A stretch of DNA of 64,000 nucleotides, from positions 36,090 through 100,089 of IMG/VR virus record IMGVR_UViG_3300043395_002349, one strand, 5' to 3'. Position numbers and translations under genes: made by a program. Below, piece by piece: positions 50,968-59,701 of the stretch. Numbering within the stretch: position 1 is the stretch's first letter; each line of letters begins with the position of its first letter. This DNA comes from a virus. Under the pieces are notes generated by a model. It was not told where the DNA came from. It did not search any database and saw nothing but the letters and a program-made list of their open reading frames with translations.

Positions 50968-51616
50968 ATAGTTTAAAATCGTTTATATACATATCATATA
51001 TTTTTTTACCAAACTGATTTTTAAAGGATTCGTAATTTACTATATTCTTTTCACCCATATTTGGTCTTATATTTTTTAGCTCAACTAACTCTATGTTTAT
51101 ATATTCCGATAATGGTTTTATATCTTTTGTTATTTCTTCAAATTTAAAAATTTTTATTTCTTTTTTTGATTCATTCCACCAATTCTGCTCCCACCAAAAT
51201 CGCAAACCACCCCAATTTTTATTGTGAAATTTTATTTGTTTATAAGTTAATCCACCATAAAATTTTTCATAAAAGTTATCCATATTTGTTTTGGATATAT
51301 TTTTATATGTTTCTACCTTTTCTATCATTTGTTCTAGTGATATATCTTCCCTTCCCATTATTTCTATTTGATGTATATAAGCTGAAATAAATCTATCAAA
51401 TGGATTTCTAACAAATTGTATTACTTTATATTCATCTATATTTTGTATATTATATAAATCAATTATTTCATCTAACGTTAAATGTGTTATTGGGTGTTTT
51501 ACATTTTTTAATGGAGTATTAAATACAACACCAATTTCTTCCAAACTTCTTATAATAGAATTTGATGCTGTTTTTGGTGGTGTTAGTAATATTAATTTGT
51601 GTTTATTAGAAACCAT
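50951..51616 (-). CDS. Sulfotransferase family 2
   Basis: PPKTASNS, VRNPFDRFISAY, YINDF. Confidence 0.85.
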   Translation of the reverse strand: MVSNKHKLILLTPPKTASNSIIRSLEEIGVVFNTPLKNVKHPITHLTLDEIIDLYNIQNIDEYKVIQFVRNPFDRFISAYIHQIEIMGREDISLEQMIEKVETYKNISKTNMDNFYEKFYGGLTYKQIKFHNKNWGGLRFWWEQNWWNESKKEIKIFKFEEITKDIKPLSEYINIELVELKNIRPNMGEKNIVNYESFKNQFGKKIYDMYINDFKLYEYEL

Positions 51617-52134
51617 TATAATAGACTGTTAATATTTTTAATACTTTTTTTGATAAAAATAACTAAAACCTCTCTATTCCCACTTTCAACAGGCGTAACA
51701 CTATGCGTTAAATCTGCATCAAATTCTATCATATTACCAAATTTTAATTCAATGTGTTTTCCATCTAAATAAAAGTTCCCCCCTTCAAATCCATTACTTA
51801 GTATCATTACACATGTCCTTATTGATGAATGAGTATCGGTATGTTCATGTGCACCCTGACCAATTCCATAATTTACATAATGTACATCTGCTATATATTC
51901 TTGTTTTATATCGTACTTTACATATTTTTTAACAATGTCCATCAATTGTTTATTATGTAAATCACACCAAAAATTTTCTGAATAATCAAATAAAAAAGAA
52001 TTATAATAAGTTTTATCGACTCGTTTGTTGAATTTGTTTTCTAAATCATCACCTGAATTTTCATTTCCTATTTTATACACTTTTTTTATTTCTTCAATAT
52101 CATTTTCTTTTATATCGTAAATGTTGTATATCAT
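51616..52134 (-). CDS. 2OG-Fe(II) oxygenase
   Basis: HTD...FEGGNF...HSVTPVESGNR. Confidence 0.9.
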   Translation of the reverse strand: MIYNIYDIKENDIEEIKKVYKIGNENSGDDLENKFNKRVDKTYYNSFLFDYSENFWCDLHNKQLMDIVKKYVKYDIKQEYIADVHYVNYGIGQGAHEHTDTHSSIRTCVMILSNGFEGGNFYLDGKHIELKFGNMIEFDADLTHSVTPVESGNREVLVIFIKKSIKNINSLL

Positions 52135-52137
52135 ATA

Positions 52138-52641
52138 TTACAATAATGTTTTTTGTAATTTAGTATTTTTATTTTCAAAAAAACATACAAAACTAAATCT
52201 GTTACCATTTGTTACTGGTAATACTCTATGCCATACATTATCAGTCATAATTACTGCTGAATTTATTTTTGGTAAATATTTTTTTTGTATTCCATTTTTA
52301 TCAATATATTCCAATTCACCACCATCAAAATTATCATTTAGATATATTACAATTGATACCTCTGCTATATCTTTATGAAAGTTATCATTTTTATTAGTAG
52401 TAGTATTAATATAGTTTATCCATGTTGATTTTGATGGAATTAATATATATTCATCACCCAATTCATTTAGTAATATTGTATTTACACTTTTAATAAATTC
52501 TGGAATTAATTTTTGATTAATTTCTATTCTATTATAGAAGTTATTAAAATTAGGTTTATCTGTTATTACAAAATTGTTGCATTCGTTTTGTAATATTTTC
52601 AGCTCTTCATTATTTAATATGTTATCGACTATTTTTATCAT
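52138..52641 (-). CDS. 2OG-Fe(II) oxygenase
   Basis: HKD...YLNDNFDGGEL...HRVLPV..GNRFS. Confidence 0.9.
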   Translation of the reverse strand: MIKIVDNILNNEELKILQNECNNFVITDKPNFNNFYNRIEINQKLIPEFIKSVNTILLNELGDEYILIPSKSTWINYINTTTNKNDNFHKDIAEVSIVIYLNDNFDGGELEYIDKNGIQKKYLPKINSAVIMTDNVWHRVLPVTNGNRFSFVCFFENKNTKLQKTLL

Positions 52642-53681
52642 AAAAGTTTATTCTTTGTTTCTATAAAGTATTTTTCGACAATATCATTCATATTATGAAT
52701 TGCTTTAAATTTTAAATTAATTTTTTTTAATTCTTTTAAAAATAAATTAAATTCAGGATGATTCTCATCCCAAATTTGTTTTATCATAAATTGACTATCA
52801 CTATATGTTCCCCAATTAGTTATTTTATTAAAAAATACATCAACCTTATTATTAAATATCTTCATCATTAAATTATAAAAATCTTCCATTTGTGTATAGT
52901 TTGTATCTTGAACAACAAATGATACTTTTTTATTTCCTATTTTTATTTTAGATATAAACTCTAAATTTTTTATTAAGGTATTCCAATTTCCACCACGTCT
53001 TATTAATTTATAAGTTTCTTCATTGGCTGCATCTATACTAATTTCTATTGTTTTTATTAAGTTGTGTATGTGTGATAAATCGTTCCAAAGTTTTTCTGTT
53101 AATAATAATCCATTAGTGTGTATGTGTATATTTTTTAAATTTTTAAATTTTGTTTTATCAAAATTTAAAAGTAATTTTCTTATAGATTTAGAGGCAAATG
53201 GGTCGGCTGTGCCTGATAAGTACAATAATGCAATATCTTTTCCAAATTTTTCGGTGATTTTATCTATCATATCATCTATAAAAATGATATCATCTTCATT
53301 TGCCATTATGTTTTCTGTTCTGCAGGATGGGCATGATAGATTACAACTTCTATCAAATGCAAGATTTATGTTGACTGGAGTTTTATAATCTTCTTCTTTG
53401 AAATCCGATTTATTTATAAAACAAGAATGTTTTTTTCCCGTTGTTAATAATTCGGATAAATAAGGACATTTTGTTTTTGAACAATATGAGTATGAACCAT
53501 CTAAAATTGATTCTTTTATTTTTTTATACTCTTCCGTATTCCATGCGTTTTCTATATCTTCTAAAGATGAAAGTTTAACTGGAAGCCAAGACGGGCAACA
53601 GCTATATACAGCGTGCCTATGTGCTTCCATATAAACAAATGGAGTGATGCATACAAATTGTTTTAATATATCGTTATTCAT
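52638..53681 (-). CDS. Radical SAM enzyme with N-terminal SPASM/twitch-like Cys domain
   Basis: CNLSCPSC (CxxxCxxC), TNG, SIDA; N-terminal C..PF...CC...AWN...C....C. Confidence 0.88.
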   Translation of the reverse strand: MNNDILKQFVCITPFVYMEAHRHAVYSCCPSWLPVKLSSLEDIENAWNTEEYKKIKESILDGSYSYCSKTKCPYLSELLTTGKKHSCFINKSDFKEEDYKTPVNINLAFDRSCNLSCPSCRTENIMANEDDIIFIDDMIDKITEKFGKDIALLYLSGTADPFASKSIRKLLLNFDKTKFKNLKNIHIHTNGLLLTEKLWNDLSHIHNLIKTIEISIDAANEETYKLIRRGGNWNTLIKNLEFISKIKIGNKKVSFVVQDTNYTQMEDFYNLMMKIFNNKVDVFFNKITNWGTYSDSQFMIKQIWDENHPEFNLFLKELKKINLKFKAIHNMNDIVEKYFIETKNKLL

Positions 53682-54370
53682 TATAATAATTTATTTTTTA
53701 TAAATGGTTTTTCAAACCGTTCCCAAATAAAATTTTTTAATGTATCATCTATAATTATTTTGTTATTTTCTGGTCTGTTTTTATTTTTTTTATCTAACGA
53801 TTGTTTTATTTTTTTACCATATTTTGTTTCTAAAAAATTATAAAAAGAGTTTATATTTTTTAAATCAAATTCATATGTACAACGTTCCCCATCTTTCCAA
53901 TAGTTTTCAGGTAAAAACATTGAAATATGACCTACAAATTCTAAATTATCTGTTTTTACTAATTCTTTATAAATTGTTTCCCAATTTTTCCATTTTTCTT
54001 TTGTAACAAATCCTGCAATTAATTTATTTGAAAATTGATAATCAAAATGTTTATATATAAAATTATTATCAATATCCTTATATTCTATAATAGTTTCTAA
54101 ATTATGATTATATTGTGTACCATCAAAAAAATATTGTAAAGCACTCATCCATCTATCAAACCAATTTCTTGTAATACAAATCGTTTCTTTAATTCCAAAT
54201 TCATTGTATAGATGTGATTTTCGTATATGAAAATGTTTATCTTCATTTTCTAATAACAAACTTGCTTTTTTTATTTCTAATTCAGAATTTAATAAATCAT
54301 ACTCGATAGTAGTACTTGCACATCTTGGTACGGAAATCCAAATCAAGTCATTGTTTATCAATAATGCCAT
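53681..54370 (-). CDS. Sulfotransferase-like protein
   Basis: VPRCASTT, TRNWFDRWMSA. Confidence 0.7.
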   Translation of the reverse strand: MALLINNDLIWISVPRCASTTIEYDLLNSELEIKKASLLLENEDKHFHIRKSHLYNEFGIKETICITRNWFDRWMSALQYFFDGTQYNHNLETIIEYKDIDNNFIYKHFDYQFSNKLIAGFVTKEKWKNWETIYKELVKTDNLEFVGHISMFLPENYWKDGERCTYEFDLKNINSFYNFLETKYGKKIKQSLDKKNKNRPENNKIIIDDTLKNFIWERFEKPFIKNKLL

Positions 54371-54373
54371 ATA

Positions 54374-54919
54374 CTAATATAAGGATTTTTTTTGAATTTT
54401 CAAAAAAGGCCAACAATTTAATGAATATCTTATACCGTCTGTTATTTCGTTTATTTGGTGTTCTATATTAGAATCAAATATAAAAACACTGCCTATACTT
54501 TTTTCTATTGTATGTTCTATACCATCTATTTTATATACAATATCACCATCTACATAATCATCATTTAATTGAAATATGAATGTTAGTGTTGCACCCAAGT
54601 TCTTTATTGCATGACTATCTGAATGATATTTTAAAAAATCCGTCTTTATATATTTGTTAAATGCAAAATAATCTATTTTTGTGTAAATAGAATTTTTATA
54701 CACATTTAGACCGTTTATAAAATCTAAAATTTTGTTTTCTAAATTTGGGAAATTATTTGGTGGTATAAAAGTTAAATGTCTTTTATTTATTGTATTGTTT
54801 TGTATTGACCCATTTTTACTATACGTTTCCGATTGTTGAAGTTCTAATGAATTTCCAAATAAAATAATTTCCTCACACTCTTTTTGTGTAAGAAAATTTT
54901 TTTTAAATAACGTAAACAT
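54374..54919 (-). CDS. 2OG-Fe(II) oxygenase
   Basis: HSD...QLNDDYVDGD...HQINEITDGIRYS. Confidence 0.88.
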   Translation of the reverse strand: MFTLFKKNFLTQKECEEIILFGNSLELQQSETYSKNGSIQNNTINKRHLTFIPPNNFPNLENKILDFINGLNVYKNSIYTKIDYFAFNKYIKTDFLKYHSDSHAIKNLGATLTFIFQLNDDYVDGDIVYKIDGIEHTIEKSIGSVFIFDSNIEHQINEITDGIRYSLNCWPFLKIQKKSLY

Positions 54920-55221
54920 TATAAAAGTGTTTTAGAACCTTTAGGTTTATCTAATATATCAGTTGCGTTTTCATCTATTTCTTGCCATTTATTTAATTGA
55001 CAAGCATTATATTTACGTGAATATATTTTTTTGTTTAAAGGACAGTTACAATCATTACAATATGAATCATTTTTAAAAAATCTATTAGGTCTAAAATGTT
55101 CACAACCTAAACAAATTTCATATCTTTTTTGTGCTAATTCTAATTGTCCAGGTCGTTTCTTTTCATCATCTGTAAATGAATCATACCAGGACAAAATTAT
55201 TTCCTTAATATCTATACCCAT
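54919..55221 (-). CDS. Small Cys-rich metal-binding protein (DUF6171-like)
   Basis: RYEICLGC...CNDCNCPL..K......C..NKW. Confidence 0.7.
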   Translation of the reverse strand: MGIDIKEIILSWYDSFTDDEKKRPGQLELAQKRYEICLGCEHFRPNRFFKNDSYCNDCNCPLNKKIYSRKYNACQLNKWQEIDENATDILDKPKGSKTLL

Positions 55222-55245
55222 AACTTATTTATTTAACACTAATTA

Positions 55246-55323
55246 TTACGAATTTGCTGTGATAATTAATCCACCAATTTGCGTAAGTATAGTATTCATT
55301 GTATCTTTTTCTGCTGCTGTCAT
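55246..55323 (-). CDS. 25-aa small ORF MTAAEKDTMNTILTQIGGLIITANS
   Basis: Not in the ORF track; fills the gap between two minus-strand genes; A-rich leader before the ATG. Confidence 0.55.
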   Translation of the reverse strand: MTAAEKDTMNTILTQIGGLIITANS

Positions 55324-55341
55324 TTTTTTATTTTTTATAGG

Positions 55342-56844
55342 TTATACACAATAATATTGGCAAATATTTACTGGTGAATTTTTACAACATTGTGCCATCG
55401 GGCAACATCCATTTACATATCCAGGTTGATACGGAGGACATTGTTTTGAATAACAAGCAATATTGTGTTCAATAGTTGCATATGATGTATTTGAATCCGA
55501 ACCTGTTTTTGTTAAGAAATAGTGTGTTCTGGAAACTGTTATATACCAACCATTAAAAAATTCTTTACTAGTAGATATACTTGCAATTTCTTTTAATTCA
55601 TATTGTAGTTCACCATTTGTAGTGTCTACCATTATAATTTTATCACCAACTACCATTTCATGTAAATAAATAAATTTAACATTATTATCTTTTAAACTTA
55701 AATAACTTGAAATACCAGTATCATTCCAATCCGAACCATCTGTAAATGTTAAATTAAATCTACTTGTAAATGTAGATACTTTCACTTTTCCCAATACTTC
55801 ATTTGTTGAATAAGTAGAACCACTTACCAATTGTTCAAAGTTAATATTGAAATTTTCTTGCTCATCAATTGGATTTGTAATTTGTCCATTTGTATCAATA
55901 TCAATTGTTTTTAAAACATCACCAACTTCTAATTCTAATGCAGTTTTAAATGTTCCATCTGCCAATTCCACTAAATCATCATCTTCTAATTTTGGTAGGC
56001 CACCGATTTGATTTTTAGAAACAATATATGACCATTTATTATCTGAACTTATTTCAAATGTACTATTATCGTATACAGGAATTACTGGAACTTCCATTTG
56101 TGTAAATTTAGTATATGCACCTACCTTAATTGATTCTAATGATGGGGGATATAATAAATTTATACTTCTAATTACCTGAATATGGTTTTGATAAAGATTG
56201 CTTTCATTAAAATGATATTCCATTAAAAAATAATCTTTATTTACAAAATTTGCTATTACACTATTTAATTCGTCTTGTGAAGATACCTTAAATAATTTTG
56301 GATATACATTTATATCGTAGAAAGGTAAAACCGCTTTTAATATAAAGTTTGGATTGTTACCATTATCAGGTATAGATGTAATATGATTTACAATAGCATT
56401 AGTTTCATCCATATATGCAAATTGTGAACCAAACTCTGTATCTTTAATTAGATTAAGAAATCCTACTTTATTTTTACAATATTCTTCATCAACAATTGCA
56501 GTTGTATCATATGCACTTCTAATAATAAGAACATCTGCAGAATCTTCTACATATGGAACTGTAATTGAATCTTCACCTACTTTATGATTTTCATATGCAA
56601 CACCTATGTTATTTAATTCGGCCTCTAATACGACACCAAATTCTTTATTTAAATTACCAATGTAATGAACTTTGGTAAAAGAGTTGGATTGAATAAATGC
56701 GATAAGTTCTGCTAAATCAAATATATCGTTTTTATTTTCTAATGTAATATCACCATCTATTCCTAATGCGGTATTTATTTCAACCGGTACTAATTGACCG
56801 GCTTTATTATACATAAAATCTGTACCTAAAAGTATTGTTCTCAT
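55342..56844 (-). CDS. Circularly permuted ATP-grasp + Hint domain + C-terminal 39-aa Cys-rich peptide
   Basis: N-terminal GTDF...G...EINT, later FILKA, LMEY, VIRS; Hint LADG.FK...LEVGD (aa ~285) to YITV..THYF...HN (aa 461); tail C-C-CC-CC-C-C. Confidence 0.8.
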   Translation of the reverse strand: MRTILLGTDFMYNKAGQLVPVEINTALGIDGDITLENKNDIFDLAELIAFIQSNSFTKVHYIGNLNKEFGVVLEAELNNIGVAYENHKVGEDSITVPYVEDSADVLIIRSAYDTTAIVDEEYCKNKVGFLNLIKDTEFGSQFAYMDETNAIVNHITSIPDNGNNPNFILKAVLPFYDINVYPKLFKVSSQDELNSVIANFVNKDYFLMEYHFNESNLYQNHIQVIRSINLLYPPSLESIKVGAYTKFTQMEVPVIPVYDNSTFEISSDNKWSYIVSKNQIGGLPKLEDDDLVELADGTFKTALELEVGDVLKTIDIDTNGQITNPIDEQENFNINFEQLVSGSTYSTNEVLGKVKVSTFTSRFNLTFTDGSDWNDTGISSYLSLKDNNVKFIYLHEMVVGDKIIMVDTTNGELQYELKEIASISTSKEFFNGWYITVSRTHYFLTKTGSDSNTSYATIEHNIACYSKQCPPYQPGYVNGCCPMAQCCKNSPVNICQYYCV

Positions 56845-56863
56845 AATTTGTTTTGTTTACCTC

Positions 56864-56877
56864 TATAAATATAAATA
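56864..56877 (-). promoter_or_regulatory. Tandem putative late-promoter motif TATTTATA
   Basis: TATTTATATTTATA 20 nt upstream of the Hint gene; the same motif precedes the structural genes. Confidence 0.55.
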
Positions 56878-56888
56878 TCTTTAATTAT

Positions 56889-57497
56889 TTATAAAATTGT
56901 TTTTGTTCTTTTTTTATAACTTTTTTCTAAATCTAATATACAATAGTTTCCTGCTAATACTATTCTTTCTTTATCTGAACCTAAATTTATTTCAGGTCTA
57001 TGTGGCAAATCAGCCGAAAAAAATATTAAGGAACCTTCCATTGGTTTTATTTTATGTTCTATTTGAGTATCATCTGTTCTAAATAAAATTCTACCCGAAT
57101 TTTCACCTTCACCTAAATTTGTAGGTAGTTGAATGTAAAAAACCCAAGTATATTGGTTTTCTAAATAAAGTTCATCATTTAAAGTATGAATATGATATCC
57201 CGAATGTTTATTTTTTTCATCACTAATATAACACCAATATTTTAAATGATAAGGGGTATTAAATTCATAACCATATATTTCACAAAATTTTTCCCAAATA
57301 ATATTTTTTAATTTTGATAAAGATTCGGTTTGTATTAATATATCAGATTGTATACCTGGTTCCTTTTCTGTGCCTTTTTCAAATGTCCGTTTACTTACAT
57401 CGACATTAAATTTAATTTCTTTAATAAGTTGTTCTTTATTATATTCAATATCTTTAATGATATTAATTTTATATTTTTCTGAAAGTTGTAATTCCAT
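56889..57497 (-). CDS. 2OG-Fe(II) oxygenase-like, HxH type (TIGR02466-like)
   Basis: HIH...WVFYIQ...GSLIFF...H.P...RIVLAGN. Confidence 0.78.
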   Translation of the reverse strand: MELQLSEKYKINIIKDIEYNKEQLIKEIKFNVDVSKRTFEKGTEKEPGIQSDILIQTESLSKLKNIIWEKFCEIYGYEFNTPYHLKYWCYISDEKNKHSGYHIHTLNDELYLENQYTWVFYIQLPTNLGEGENSGRILFRTDDTQIEHKIKPMEGSLIFFSADLPHRPEINLGSDKERIVLAGNYCILDLEKSYKKRTKTIL

Positions 57498-58022
57498 TTA
57501 AAATACCTTTTTTTCTTTGGTTAAAAAACATTGTAATGAAATTCTTATATCAGCATTTAAATTTATAGTGGTAACACAATGTTTTGTTCCACCTGTTAAA
57601 AATACGCCTGTGTTTTTATCTGGTTTTATTGCCTTTATTTCATCATCTTCTTCATACATAAAATACCCACCCCAATCACTTTCCCATTTTTCATTTAAAT
57701 AAACTGTAAGTGCTCCTTTATATAAACCATCATTGTGCCATGTAATATAACTTAATTTAGGCCAAAAATGTATTTTTAAACCCGTTACAAAAAATGGTAT
57801 TTGTAATTCTATTTCTTTTTTAAGTAGATTAAATATTTCACTATCTTTATCTGAAAAATCATATATTACAACCGGTGTACTACTATTAATTAAATATTCA
57901 TCCCAAAATGCAGTGCTTGTATATAAATTACTATTTTTGTCCGTTTTGATTTTTTTAATATAATCAATTAGTTTAGTATATGTTTCATCCGAAAAAAATG
58001 AATTAAATTTAGTAACACTCAT
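57498..58022 (-). CDS. 2OG-Fe(II) oxygenase
   Basis: WHND...YLNEKW...WGG...HCV...RISLQ. Confidence 0.9.
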   Translation of the reverse strand: MSVTKFNSFFSDETYTKLIDYIKKIKTDKNSNLYTSTAFWDEYLINSSTPVVIYDFSDKDSEIFNLLKKEIELQIPFFVTGLKIHFWPKLSYITWHNDGLYKGALTVYLNEKWESDWGGYFMYEEDDEIKAIKPDKNTGVFLTGGTKHCVTTINLNADIRISLQCFLTKEKKVF

Positions 58023-58561
58023 TAAAATAACGTTTTTTTATTTTTTAATTTATCTTTTTTATACATTAAATAAAGTTGAACAACACTTTCATTTTCACCA
58101 CAAACCAATGTATCTCTCCAATGTTCAAATTTATTAGAATCAATAATAACCAACGCATCACCAACTTTTATATCATATCCAATTTGGTTACCATCAATTA
58201 AAAAATATAAAGGCCATTCCTTATTTGTTTTTTGTAAGCATACTGAAATGGTTATGTTTATTGAATCTTTATCTTTATGTTTTTCTAAATGAGAACCATT
58301 TCTATATTCTCTAATATATGCATTAAAATTTTCAATTCGTATTTCTTTATCGTTTATTATATTTTTAACAACAGGTTTTAATTTTTCTACATATTCATCA
58401 AAAAATTTAACTAATCCAAATCCATAAGAATTTGCACCACTATCTACAATTGGAATATCTAAATCAATATTGTATCTATTTCTTTTTTTTTCTTCGTAAA
58501 ATTTATCTAATAATATTTTACATTCATCTACCGAAACTATGTTTTTTATATATGAAACCAT
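58022..58561 (-). CDS. 2OG-Fe(II) oxygenase-like protein
   Basis: Y.R.Y...L..HKD...ITISVCL...WPL...HWR. Confidence 0.8.
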   Translation of the reverse strand: MVSYIKNIVSVDECKILLDKFYEEKKRNRYNIDLDIPIVDSGANSYGFGLVKFFDEYVEKLKPVVKNIINDKEIRIENFNAYIREYRNGSHLEKHKDKDSINITISVCLQKTNKEWPLYFLIDGNQIGYDIKVGDALVIIDSNKFEHWRDTLVCGENESVVQLYLMYKKDKLKNKKTLF

Positions 58562-58572
58562 TTTATATTAAT

Positions 58573-58962
58573 TTAAATCACTTTTGGTTTTCTTTTTGTA
58601 TATTTTCTTTTTGGTTTTGGTAAAGGTGGATTATCAATTGCTAAAATAGCATCTCTAATTGGAATACATTGTTCATAATCCTCTTTATCTACAAAATATT
58701 GTAACATTCTATTTAAAAGATCTTTATATTCACTCTTTGGGATAGTTGCAAATACTTTACTATCGGTAAACTTAATGATAGCAACCTCTTCTAAATTATC
58801 TTTAATTGCTTGAGTAAGGATATCTAAAATCCATGGGTATAACTTATCTCCATTTTGGGATATGTATTGTTTAACTGCCGGTGATGCTGTATCATCGAAA
58901 TAATTTTTCCAATCTGTTTTAGCGTACATATCTGTAATTTTTAATAACTTATTAATATCCAT
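58573..58962 (-). CDS. Hypothetical protein with C-terminal UVR-like motif
   Basis: FVDKEDYEQCIPIRD. Confidence 0.6.
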   Translation of the reverse strand: MDINKLLKITDMYAKTDWKNYFDDTASPAVKQYISQNGDKLYPWILDILTQAIKDNLEEVAIIKFTDSKVFATIPKSEYKDLLNRMLQYFVDKEDYEQCIPIRDAILAIDNPPLPKPKRKYTKRKPKVI

Positions 58963-58976
58963 ATCATTAATAAATA

Positions 58977-59699
58977 TTATCTTTGTACATCTCTTAGATA
59001 ATCATCTAAGTTTGTTACCTTTTGTATTACCGGCTTTACAACATCTGTTGATGCTGGTAGATTTGGTAAAATCACACTTCCGTTATCTAATTGATATTTT
59101 AAATTTTTATAATAACCCATTGAAGGTTCATTGGTTTCTTCAAAAACGTAAAGTATATGTTTTATAATATTATCATCATTTAATATATCACTTCTATTAT
59201 TTTTATAAAATTGATATTCAATATCAGTTACACCAGCTAAACCAAATCTTGTATCTGAACCTTGTGTAATGTTTGCGTTAACCTGAATAATTGATGCTGT
59301 AATTTCTAAATTAGAAGAGGTTACATCTACCGCTACTCCTGTATAAGTTACTGTCGAAGTTTCAATATTAGAACCATATTTACTTTCAATGTACGAAAGT
59401 GTTTTGGATAAATCCATTTCTATTGTAATTAAATCGTTTACAGTATAGTATGGATTATTCTCCTCGTATGCAGTTTTTAACTTATCGAAAATATGTTTAG
59501 GAATATAAGTAGATGTACCTAATTTAATTGCGAAATTAATAGATTCAGATGGGGCGGTAAAAACTTTATATGATTCTTCGGTTGGATTAATTGTTTTTAA
59601 TTCAATAAAATTCTTATCAAATACTCCTTTTAATAGAATAGTTGTTGAATCTTTTGATGAATAAGAACCATAATCGTTTGTTACTTCTCTACTAAACAT
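58977..59699 (-). CDS. Hypothetical protein
   Basis: 240-aa ORF, tightly packed. Confidence 0.6.
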   Translation of the reverse strand: MFSREVTNDYGSYSSKDSTTILLKGVFDKNFIELKTINPTEESYKVFTAPSESINFAIKLGTSTYIPKHIFDKLKTAYEENNPYYTVNDLITIEMDLSKTLSYIESKYGSNIETSTVTYTGVAVDVTSSNLEITASIIQVNANITQGSDTRFGLAGVTDIEYQFYKNNRSDILNDDNIIKHILYVFEETNEPSMGYYKNLKYQLDNGSVILPNLPASTDVVKPVIQKVTNLDDYLRDVQR

Positions 59700-59701
59700 T
59701 T

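Noticed and set aside
55345-55461. Homology of the peptide to conotoxins or defensins
   Set aside because: The resemblance is only Cys spacing; no alignment evidence and no signal peptide.
55462-55992. Canonical splicing intein in the 500-aa protein
   Set aside because: No Cys/Ser at position 1, no block B His, the +1 residue is Ile, and there is no endonuclease domain. Only C-terminal cleavage is plausible.
47787-58561. Tag as a peroxisomal PTS1 signal, implying a eukaryotic virus
   Set aside because: Baseplate genes, sigma factor, Def and bacterial promoters indicate a bacteriophage, and the tag does not match SKL.
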